From Cereibacter sphaeroides 2.4.1 (GTDB taxonomy: Bacteria; Pseudomonadota; Alphaproteobacteria; Rhodobacterales; Rhodobacteraceae), in the NCBI RefSeq assembly GCF_000012905.2, contig NC_007489.1:1-32000 (forward strand): a stretch of 32,000 nucleotides of DNA. Reading direction: 5' to 3'. The translations under genes were made by a program, and so were the position numbers. Shown piece after piece: positions 10,381-17,857 of the stretch (position 1 is the stretch's first letter; each line of letters opens with the position of its first letter). A model generated the notes under the pieces. It was not told where the DNA came from and did not search any database. It saw only the letters and a program-made list of their open reading frames with translations.

Positions 10381-10465
10381 GGCCATTTTGTCAGGGAACC
10401 CGGTATTATCGAGCCGGGAAGAGGAAACTGCACCCTTGGCCCGATAAACAGGCTGAGGCGGAACA
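10381..10465. repeat. ~85-nt repeated element, copy B
   Basis: ggccattttgtcagggaacccggtattatcgagccgggaagaggaaactgcacccttggcccgataaacaggctgaggcggaaca. Same orientation as copy A. The preceding tgacggctccc resembles the stop codon plus flank of hns paralog 2 (tgacggccccc). Confidence 0.8.
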
Positions 10466-10738
10466 ACATCCTCCGCTCGAAGCCATCCAAAGCGTAGGTC
10501 GGCGTAAGCCGAGCCGCCCCGCGCTCCGCGAAAAGCAGGCGGATTAGCAGATGCTGTACGGGCGAGCGGACGAAGGAGGAGCGTCTTTCTTCTTCCGGTT
10601 CCCAGGCCGCTACGCATGCTCCGTGCGACGATCCAACGTGACATGCAGGCCTTCCACGCACACCAAAGAGCATGCCTTCGCTCGAAGGTTTTCTTGTTCG
10701 GAGCTCGGCGGATAACCGATCAAGGGCGCGGATCTGGA

Positions 10739-11194
10739 ATGACAGCAAGGGTACTCGTTCATGCTTTTTCGGTCGCCATGTGGCCACGGTCAGTAGTGCC
10801 CACGCCCACTTTCGCACCCGCCTTCGTGGCCTGCCTGATTGCGGTCTTTTCGGGGTGTGCAACCGTTACCAGGGGTTCCGAAGACGTCCTGGAAATCGAA
10901 ACGAAGCCCGCCGGCGCCCAGGTGCAGACCAGCAATGGCATGAGCTGTCTGACCACGCCTTGCGCGCTGAAGATGAAGCGCAAGTCCGAGATCGTCGTCG
11001 ACATCAACAAGACCGGGTGCAAGCCTGTGAGAGTGAATGTCACGCATCGGACGGCCGGCGGTGGCAGCGCCGCGATTGCCGGAAACATTCTGGTGGGCGG
11101 GATCATCGGCCTGGGTGTCGACGCAGCGACCGGCGCCTCCCAGGAGCTGGTACCCAACCCCGTAAAGGTGGAGCTGGAATGTCGTCGGCGATAG
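10739..11194 (+). CDS. PEGA-domain-like lipoprotein
   Basis: 151 aa from MTARVLV. Lipobox IAVFSGC. PEGA-like stretch LEIETKPAGAQVQTSNG. Gly-rich hydrophobic C-terminal segment (IAGNILVGGIIGLGVDAATG). The track ORF starts at 10616. Confidence 0.6.
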   Translation: MTARVLVHAFSVAMWPRSVVPTPTFAPAFVACLIAVFSGCATVTRGSEDVLEIETKPAGAQVQTSNGMSCLTTPCALKMKRKSEIVVDINKTGCKPVRVNVTHRTAGGGSAAIAGNILVGGIIGLGVDAATGASQELVPNPVKVELECRRR

Positions 11195-11821
11195 CAGGGC
11201 GAAGGTGGATCGCTCGTCGGCAGGAAACATGATGTTGGCGGTGACAGTCCCCTTCGATCCGATCGGATGTCGCCTCCAGAGCTTCGGTGGATGACCTTGA
11301 AGCCGCCACGGGGAGCGCGGGAGAAGCCGGCGGGCTCCAGATAGCGCTGCCCAGCCCTGACCACAGCCGCCTCCGGGCTTCGGGAAAGGACAAGGCCGAG
11401 AAGGCGGGGCTCGAGGTGAAGGCCCAGAGCAGGACGAAATGCAAAGCGCAGCATTGAGAGGGCCGAACAGGCAGGCGGCGAACATCCTCCCCGGATGAGC
11501 CGCCGGGGGCGGGAGGGGCACTCCTTCCGCCTCGACTTGACGCAAGGCTGGACAAATACCCGGAAGCTCCCGCCTTTCCGGAAAGAGTAAGGTTCAGAAC
11601 CGTGGATCGTGCGTGGCCGCAAAGCTGCCATCCAACTGCAGCAGGTCCGGATCGTTGGCTGTCGCGAGGCCGAAAATCGCGGCCCTCTCGTCACCATGGC
11701 TCAGCTGCGCGTCGAGGGTGCCGGTCGTCTCGAAGAAGGTCAGCGTGAACCGCGAGTGCCTTGCCCTTCTCTTGGCGTCTTCGCCAATATGTATGTCCTC
11801 CGCCGTCGAGGGCACGTCAAC

Positions 11822-11887
11822 TTGGCGTTCACGCCAACTTTCTTGTCTTGGACACCTCGCGCACTGTAGGCTTGGCGTTAACGCCAT
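11822..11887. promoter_or_regulatory. Two palindromic operator candidates upstream of hipB
   Basis: TTGGCGTTCACGCCAA at 11822-11837 (perfect 7-bp arms, 2-nt spacer) and TTGGCGTTAACGCCAT at 11872-11887. Centres are 50 bp apart. The second site ends 18 nt before the hipB ATG, with GGAGG in between. Confidence 0.6.
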
Positions 11888-11905
11888 TACGGCAGGAGGC
11901 GCACC

Positions 11906-12166
11906 ATGGCTTGCAGCCGCGAACAGGATGACGAGCTGGACCTGCTGCGCCGGCGGCAGCTTCTTGACGCCTCCGACCTTGGAGGGGTGATCCGTTTGCG
12001 CCGCGAGCGGCTCGGCATCGCGCAGTTCGAACTGGCATCCTTGGCCGGCATCGATCCCGGAAACCTCTCGAAGATCGAGCGTGGGAGCCGCCGCTCCCAT
12101 CTCGACACATATCTCAAGCTGTGCGGCATTCTCGGCATCGATCTCTTCGCCGAGGCGCGCTCATGA
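11906..12166 (+). CDS. hipB: HipB-type antitoxin, XRE-family HTH regulator
   Basis: 86 aa. HTH region LRRERLGIAQFELASLAGIDPGNLSKIERG. Its stop overlaps the hipA start (ATGA at 12163-12166). Confidence 0.85.
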   Translation: MACSREQDDELDLLRRRQLLDASDLGGVIRLRRERLGIAQFELASLAGIDPGNLSKIERGSRRSHLDTYLKLCGILGIDLFAEARS

Positions 12167-13518
12167 GGATGGACGTCTGGATGGAAGGGAGAGATACGCC
12201 CGTGGGCGTGCTGACCCGCTCGGAAGACAAGAGTCTGTCGTTCGTCTACGCCGGCGACATCGCGCCCGAGCACCGGATCTCGATGTCGTTGCCGATCACC
12301 TCGGAGCCATACAGCGATGCCGATTGCAGGGGCTATTTCGCGAACCTCCTGTTCGAGGGGCCGCAACTCGAACGGGTTCTCGATGGCTTCGGTCTCGACC
12401 GTGGCGACATCGGTGCGCTCCTGTGGCACCTCGGGGCAGACTGCCCGGGCGCCATCTCGATCACCCCCGAGGGCACGGGGCCCGGCAAGATGCCAGGAAG
12501 GTTCCCCGAGGACTACGAACGGCTTTCGGAGGCCCGGCTCCATCAGATCGTCCTGTCGCTGCATCGGCACCGCCGCATGCCCGAGGGAGAGCGCAACCCG
12601 TCACCCGTCGCGGGCGTTCAGGGCAAGATCGCCTGCCTCATGCTCGAGGGGGCGGTCTGGCTGCCCAAGGGCGGCTCCCGCGCACCAACAACACATATTC
12701 TGAAAGTGTCTCCGCACTTCGATCCTGACGTCACACGCCAGGAGACGATCTTGCTCCAGATTGCCTCCGAGATCGGGATCGATGCCGCCGAGACTCGGGA
12801 TCTCGTCTTCGATGTTGGGGGCACGCACATCAACGCGCTCCTGTCGACGCGCTTCGACCGCGATATCGAGATCGCAGAGGGGGCAGGAACAATTCGTCGC
12901 CGACACGCCGAGGACTTCTGCCAGGCGCTCGGTCTGCCACCGAGCCTGAAATACGAGCGCGATGCAGTGGATCCGCATCGCCGTTTCTCGGCCGCCGCCG
13001 TGAATGTCATCGCGGCACAGACGACGGTGCCGGCCCTGGTGACGAGGGATTTTCTGGCACAAACGATCTTCAACCTGCTCGTGGGCAACACGGACAACCA
13101 CGGCAAGAACACGTCGCTTCTCTACCGCGGACGGACGGTCCTCCTGGCGCCGCTTTACGATGTGGCGCCGGTGTTCATGGACAGGCGCGTGACGCACGAA
13201 TTCGCCTTCAGGCATGGCAGCGCGCGCTTCGCCGAGGACTTCGATGTCGATGCCCTGCGAGGGCTGCTGTCCGATCTCGGCTTCGGAAAGCCGCCCGTCG
13301 AGCGGGCGATGAAGCAGATCCAGCAGCTTGCGAAAAGGATATCCGAGCTCTCGGCCCGCCACGCCCCCAAGGGCCTTGTCGATGGTCTCCATGCCCAGGC
13401 GCGCGTGCTCGAGGATGCGCTCGATGTCGACTTCGGTCTTGAAGAACGAGATTACTACGACCGCGTCGTCAGAGATGAGGCGATCGAGGCAGCGGGTGGA
13501 TGGGGTACGTTAAGCTGA
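12163..13518 (+). CDS. hipA: HipA-family serine/threonine kinase toxin
   Basis: 451 aa from MRMDVWMEG. HipA N-terminal coupling region (LSFVYAGD..., CRGYFANLLFEG). Kinase catalytic motif LLVGNTDNHGKNTSLLY followed by LAPLYDV. Confidence 0.9.
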   Translation: MRMDVWMEGRDTPVGVLTRSEDKSLSFVYAGDIAPEHRISMSLPITSEPYSDADCRGYFANLLFEGPQLERVLDGFGLDRGDIGALLWHLGADCPGAISITPEGTGPGKMPGRFPEDYERLSEARLHQIVLSLHRHRRMPEGERNPSPVAGVQGKIACLMLEGAVWLPKGGSRAPTTHILKVSPHFDPDVTRQETILLQIASEIGIDAAETRDLVFDVGGTHINALLSTRFDRDIEIAEGAGTIRRRHAEDFCQALGLPPSLKYERDAVDPHRRFSAAAVNVIAAQTTVPALVTRDFLAQTIFNLLVGNTDNHGKNTSLLYRGRTVLLAPLYDVAPVFMDRRVTHEFAFRHGSARFAEDFDVDALRGLLSDLGFGKPPVERAMKQIQQLAKRISELSARHAPKGLVDGLHAQARVLEDALDVDFGLEERDYYDRVVRDEAIEAAGGWGTLS

Positions 13519-13733
13519 CGATAGCCCCCCCGAGCAGCTCACTTCATCGGTCCCGGAGCATCCGCCTCAGCCCTTGCGCCGACGTCAGAACGTCTGCCCA
13601 CAGCAGGCTGCCTGCGGCGCATTGAGCGCGGGTTCTCTGACGTCAAGCGGAACTCCGCCCGAAAAGCGCTCTCTTATGGCTACCTTATAGCCGCCAGCCG
13701 ACGAAGGAGACGATTGTCGCGCCCTGGCCTCCC

Positions 13734-14153
13734 GTGACACATGACCCCATGATTGGGGATCTGTTGACAGTGAGCTACCGGAGCCGCGTGTGCCTTGCCG
13801 ATCCGGTGGCGGATCTCCTCGGCATCGTTCAGGCGAGCCGGGTCAGAAACCTGCGGCTCGGCATCACGGGGATCCTGCTCTACAACGGCTTTCATTTTGT
13901 GCAAACGATCGAGGGCCCGCAGAACGCCTGCCGGGAGCTGTTCGCGAGGATCTCGGAAGATCCTCGCCATTCCGACATCGTCGCCTTCGGCGTGAGAAAA
14001 ATAGAAAGACGACGGTTTCCGGACTGGTCCATGCGCCTGATCTCGCGGGCGGAACTGCTCGAGACCATGCCCGAGTTGCGGTTGCTCGATCTGAAGGAGC
14101 CTCAGGACATCGAACGGCTTCACGGCAGGGTGCTGGTGGAGCTCTCGTATTGA
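13734..14153 (+). CDS. Short BLUF-domain blue-light photoreceptor (BlrB-like)
   Basis: 139 aa. BLUF pattern: LTVSYRSRV, RVRNLRLGITGILLYNGFHFVQTIEGP, DPRHSDIV, FPDWSM. The start could also be the Met at 13749. Confidence 0.85.
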   Translation: MTHDPMIGDLLTVSYRSRVCLADPVADLLGIVQASRVRNLRLGITGILLYNGFHFVQTIEGPQNACRELFARISEDPRHSDIVAFGVRKIERRRFPDWSMRLISRAELLETMPELRLLDLKEPQDIERLHGRVLVELSY

Positions 14154-14238
14154 GCCGCGGGATCCGCCCAGGAGAGATCGCGGGTCCTTGAAATCCAAAC
14201 GGGCCGGGAGCTTCCCCCCGGCCGCAGCTTTCCGAGCT

Positions 14239-14560
14239 TCAGGCCGCGCCAGGCCGCTGGAAGCTCGCATCGAGCTCATCGTGCCTGTCCGCCAGATCGA
14301 AGTTGAAGCCCTGCCCCGGGCGCACCACGCGAAGCGCGGGCTTCGATGCCCGAAGATCATCCTGCGATCCGCTGCTCGGCGCCCCGGGCCCCTGCCCCTC
14401 CTCGGCGCGGAAGAAGGCGACCGCTTCCTTCAGCTGCTCGGCTTCGAGCGAAAGCTGGCTCGCACCGCTCGCCAATGCCTCGGCGGCAGTGGTGTTCTGC
14501 TGTGTCACCTGATCGAGCTGCTGGATCGCCAGAGATTGCCCGGACAGGCCGGGAATGGCT
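14239..14560 (-). pseudogene. 3' remnant of a methyl-accepting chemotaxis protein gene
   Basis: The minus-strand frame reads ...GQSLAIQQLDQVTQQNTTAAEALASGASQLSLEAEQLKEAVAFFRA..., which is the end of an MCP signalling domain. An acidic tail follows (NFDLADRHDELDASF). An in-frame stop at 14608-14610 lies just upstream, there is no upstream MCP sequence, and only a GTG is available as a start. Confidence 0.7.
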
Positions 14561-14779
14561 CCAGGCAGCCGCGGCCACGCGATTTTCGATATCAGGAGTG
14601 CTCGGCATCAAACGAGGCACGAGTTTCACTCCGAAGCGACAGCTCGTATGAAGGCCGCTTTATTTCGGAAGATCGGTATTGCCGTCGGCTTCGAGCGGTT
14701 GAGATGGGGACGAGCACAACAGGCTGACGCAGGCTCCGTGGAATGCTCTCCTTCCAGAGGCGGATGGCATTCCGGCCCA

Positions 14780-15135
14780 TGGCGGGCTCACATTTCATTC
14801 TGACCATGCTTAGCCACGAATAGATCTCCCATTGATAAAAAAATCTGCGGCCGCCCCGCAGGTGAAAGAAAGGGCTCGCGCTCACGGAGAGCGGTTCTAT
14901 AATCTGATCCCGTCAAGCGTGAATTGCGCAGGGCGGAGATGTATTTTGGCGCTCCAAGGATAATGATGGTTATCTTCAGATAACGCGCGCGCTTCAATAT
15001 AAACACTCACTTTTTCCTGCGACTCCATTTATAATCTTTGGAAACCCGATATTGAATCATATTGATGGTCGGCAAATTTTCGCTTGTAACTGAATTCCGG
15101 TATTCATACCGAATTCCAATCAAGGGAGATCAAAG
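14780..15135 (+). promoter_or_regulatory. AT-rich upstream regulatory region of the 15136 operon
   Basis: Clearly the most AT-rich stretch of the window. TATAAT hexamers at 14898-14903 and 15030-15035. Inverted repeat GTTATCT-tc-AGATAAC at 14969-14984. Inverted repeat GAATTCCGGTAT-tc-ATACCGAATTC at 15092-15116 (one bulge). RBS AAGGGAG at 15122-15128. Confidence 0.5.
14837..14861 (-). terminator. Candidate intrinsic terminator on the minus strand
   Basis: Plus strand reads AAAAAAA-tc-CTGCGG-ccgcc-CCGCAG. On the minus strand this is a 6-bp GC stem with a 5-nt loop followed by a U7 tract. No annotated minus-strand gene ends here. Confidence 0.4.
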
Positions 15136-15645
15136 ATGAAGCAATATGCGAAGATCGCGCTGCTCGGATCCGTCGTCGGCTTTGCGCCGCTGGCTGCGGC
15201 TGCGGCAGACTCTGTGGCCGTGGCTCTGAGCGCCAGTTTCGAACCGGTCTACACCTACGCGGACGATCTCACCTTCACGGGCACCGGCACCGTTGCGGGT
15301 CAGACCATCACCGTCACCGGCGAAACGGACGATGCACTCGGCCCTTGGCTGGGGCACAGTCACGACTTCGAAGGCACCGGCTCGACCCAGGATCAGGAGA
15401 TCACGGTGACCGGGACCGCCTCGGGGACGATGTATGAGGGCCAGGCTCTGAGCTCGCTGAGCGTTGCGGCCGGTATCGGCGCCAGCGCGGCCGCCACCGC
15501 GACCTCGACCCAAGGGGCGACGAGCGCCAGCGCGGCCGCGACCCTCGACGGCAACCCGATCATCATCGAGACCGACTTCGACGGCCGCTCGAACGCCTAC
15601 GAATCCGAAATCGTGATCATGGCCGCGGACCGCCGCCCCCGCTGA
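15136..15645 (+). CDS. Secreted Thr/Gly/Ala-rich hypothetical protein
   Basis: 169 aa. Good RBS. Signal peptide (ALLGSVVGFAPLAAAAADS). Reiterated strings TFTGTGTVAGQTITVTGET and QEITVTGTASGT. Ala/Ser/Thr-rich low-complexity segment. No family recognised. Confidence 0.7.
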   Translation: MKQYAKIALLGSVVGFAPLAAAAADSVAVALSASFEPVYTYADDLTFTGTGTVAGQTITVTGETDDALGPWLGHSHDFEGTGSTQDQEITVTGTASGTMYEGQALSSLSVAAGIGASAAATATSTQGATSASAAATLDGNPIIIETDFDGRSNAYESEIVIMAADRRPR

Positions 15646-15666
15646 GCCAGCTTCTGCACCCAGGTG

Positions 15667-15688
15667 CCCCGCGCGTCATCGCGCGGGG
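15667..15688 (+). promoter_or_regulatory. Intercistronic GC stem-loop (9-bp perfect stem, 4-nt loop), no U tract
   Basis: ccccgcgcg-tcat-cgcgcgggg. Lies 22 nt after the stop of the 15136 gene and 74 nt before the start of the 15762 gene. Confidence 0.6.
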
Positions 15689-15761
15689 TGCCGCAGTTCC
15701 AGCAATACAGGCGTCCGAATGCCCCGCCTTCGGCATCGCTCACTCCAGAGGATGATGCGGC

Positions 15762-17840
15762 ATGTTTCTTCAACGTCTCACCCTGACCCTCTCGGTGTCG
15801 GCTCTGGCGCTGGCCGCGAGCCTTGCCCGGGCCGACGACAAGGCCGTCATCGTCGAGGGCACGGTGGAGAAGACGGCCCCGACCGTGACCGCACCCGAGC
15901 GAAATCCCGCCTCGGGACGGGTCGTTCCCCTGACCGGCCGCTTCGTGCTCAACGATGAATATTTCGACTACGGACAGGGCCCGAAATTTTCGGCGCTCTC
16001 CCTGGCAGGCTCCTCCCGCGAATGGGACCTCGAGATCTCGGGCACACATCCGATCCATCAGTCCGTCCATGAGACGGTCAGCGAGCAGCTCTATCTGCGC
16101 GAACAGGAAGGTTGGTACTTCCAGCTGCGCAACGTCGACCGCCGCCGCACCACCAAGGTCACCCGGCGCGAAGCGGTGGACATCTACGGCTTCCAGCTCG
16201 ACCTGACCGTCACCGGGGGGTGCTTCTTTCCAGAATCCGCACCCGGCACCTACTGCACCTACACGCCGTCCGTCGCAGTCGACCCTGACAGCATCAACCC
16301 CGACACCCTCATCCCCGGCGCCTTCATCTTCGGCGAGGACACCGGCGCCGTGATCTCGCAGGAGACGCATGAGGCCCTGAAAGCCGAAGGCTTCCAGCGC
16401 GGCCTCGACGGCGGCGATGAAACCGTCGGCGTCTCCCTGTCCGTGCCGAACTCCGGATACGAGGCCAGCGAAAGCCGCTCGAACCTGAATTCGGTGGAGC
16501 GCTACGAGTCCGTGGACAAGCGCATCATGGGCGGGCTCTACAAGTTCCGCCAGGTGCTCAGCAGCAACAGCACCATGGCCTCCCTCGCCCGCACCACCCG
16601 TGGCCTCGTCTTCCTCGACGCAAACGAATGGACCGACAAGGCCGCCGCCACGCAGCTTCTCGCCTGGCTGCTGCCCTCCGCGCGCGCGCCCCTGCAGGCC
16701 ACCGATCGGAACGCCCGCCTGAGCATCGGCAACAACCTCTTTCTGGCAGCCAACAACACCCGCCTTCCCGCGGACAGCTTCACAGCCTACCACGCGGGCG
16801 TGGGCTATGTGGACCATCCCAAAAAGCGCGTGAGATCCGCAGCCGACACCCCCAGATCCGTCTTCAACAGCTTCTGGATGGGCTTTTCGCCGGTGCGCGA
16901 CATCACGACCGGATCCAGCTCGCGGCTGCAGGTGACCGGTCCGCGGGAGAGCCTGCTCGAGAACGGCTATGCCTTCTCGCAGGGGGGCATCGATACCGCC
17001 CTCGCAAGCGAGACCGCAATCTACGTCGTGGACCAGATCAGCGAGCAGATCGCACAGATCGAACTCGCCAACATCGACGATCTCTTCATCCAGTCCGGCC
17101 TCGATCTCACGCGGCAGGACGCCATGGCCATCTACACGACCACCGAGGAGTCGCGGTACAAATATGTCCCGCATCTCGCCTTCTCCGGAAACGTCACCTC
17201 AGGGACAAGCGTCTCCCGCTATTATGCCGGCGCCATCCTCGGCGACGAGACGAACGCCTATGTGGGCTTCGATCATTCCTACACCGGCCTGAACGGGTTC
17301 TCGTTCTACCTCCTCGGCGAGCATTACACCCATCCCGACCGGGACTATTTCAGCAAGGTCGAGGCGCGCATCAGCAAGGCCGTGCAGCTGCGAAACGGCG
17401 CGAAGCTGTCCTTCGGCGTCAGCGCCGCCGAGGAACTCGATCGGGCGCCCGCCCAGCAGGAGAGCGTCACGCTGAACGACAACGACCGGACGCTCGACGT
17501 TGCGATGTCCTACCGGACGCCCAAGGGCCTGACCTACAGCCTGAGCCACCGGCTCGTTCAGGCCGAGGACGGGGATGACGCCGAAAGCACCTCCGTCGGG
17601 TTCAGCTACAGGGCGTCGGACGACTGGTCCTTCACCGCGCAGATCACGCCGACGTCGACCGAAGATGCCTATATCGCGGCTCGCGCCGGATTCTCCTGGC
17701 GCCAGTCCGGCCGCCCCGGGTCTCCCGTCCTCGGCGTGCAATGGGCCTCCATCAGATACGACTACGGCGAGGATCAATTCGGCAACGACCTGCGGGACCG
17801 CGAGGATACCCTCCTCGTGTCCTACAAGATGAGCTTCTGA
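15762..17840 (+). CDS. Large outer-membrane beta-barrel protein, family unknown
   Basis: 692 aa. AGAGGA 9 nt upstream of the ATG. Signal peptide (LSVSALALAASLARADD). The C-terminal ~250 aa show an alternating beta-strand pattern and end DTLLVSYKMSF (terminal Phe, an OM-barrel signature). Third-codon-position G/C bias supports this frame over the antisense 525-aa ORF. Confidence 0.75.
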   Translation: MFLQRLTLTLSVSALALAASLARADDKAVIVEGTVEKTAPTVTAPERNPASGRVVPLTGRFVLNDEYFDYGQGPKFSALSLAGSSREWDLEISGTHPIHQSVHETVSEQLYLREQEGWYFQLRNVDRRRTTKVTRREAVDIYGFQLDLTVTGGCFFPESAPGTYCTYTPSVAVDPDSINPDTLIPGAFIFGEDTGAVISQETHEALKAEGFQRGLDGGDETVGVSLSVPNSGYEASESRSNLNSVERYESVDKRIMGGLYKFRQVLSSNSTMASLARTTRGLVFLDANEWTDKAAATQLLAWLLPSARAPLQATDRNARLSIGNNLFLAANNTRLPADSFTAYHAGVGYVDHPKKRVRSAADTPRSVFNSFWMGFSPVRDITTGSSSRLQVTGPRESLLENGYAFSQGGIDTALASETAIYVVDQISEQIAQIELANIDDLFIQSGLDLTRQDAMAIYTTTEESRYKYVPHLAFSGNVTSGTSVSRYYAGAILGDETNAYVGFDHSYTGLNGFSFYLLGEHYTHPDRDYFSKVEARISKAVQLRNGAKLSFGVSAAEELDRAPAQQESVTLNDNDRTLDVAMSYRTPKGLTYSLSHRLVQAEDGDDAESTSVGFSYRASDDWSFTAQITPTSTEDAYIAARAGFSWRQSGRPGSPVLGVQWASIRYDYGEDQFGNDLRDREDTLLVSYKMSF

Positions 17841-17857
17841 GGGATGGAGGAAGAAAG

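Noticed and set aside
9406-10465. The 85-nt repeated element as a riboswitch
   Set aside because: It does not match any riboswitch consensus I can recall (cobalamin, TPP, SAM-II, glycine, guanidine, c-di-GMP, ZTP, fluoride). The two copies do not both sit in 5' leaders of same-strand genes.
11594-12100. 168-aa minus-strand ORF
   Set aside because: It overlaps hipB and its operators in antisense. Only the last ~50 codons look protein-like. It is treated as a possible remnant, not a gene.
14788-15006. 72-aa minus-strand ORF in the AT-rich spacer
   Set aside because: It reads through the candidate terminator hairpin, has no RBS, and has a low-complexity Ile/Leu/Lys composition expected by chance in AT-rich DNA.
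15136-15645. C-terminal sorting signal (PEP-CTERM, LPXTG, GlyGly-CTERM) on the 169-aa secreted protein
   Set aside because: The tail ...ESEIVIMAADRRPR has only ~6 hydrophobic residues and no PEP, LPXTG or GG motif, so it is too short for a TM-type sorting signal.
15597-17174. 525-aa minus-strand ORF
   Set aside because: Antisense shadow of the 692-aa OM barrel gene. Its composition (G/A/V/R/H runs) is not protein-like, and it has no RBS or signal features.
15136-17840. Similarity to the gfcABCD/yjbEFGH capsule operon (Thr-rich small protein plus ~700-aa barrel)
   Set aside because: The barrel lacks the YjbH/GfcD N-terminal motifs I remember, and the GfcB/GfcC-type lipoprotein genes are absent. 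Only the gene sizes are similar.
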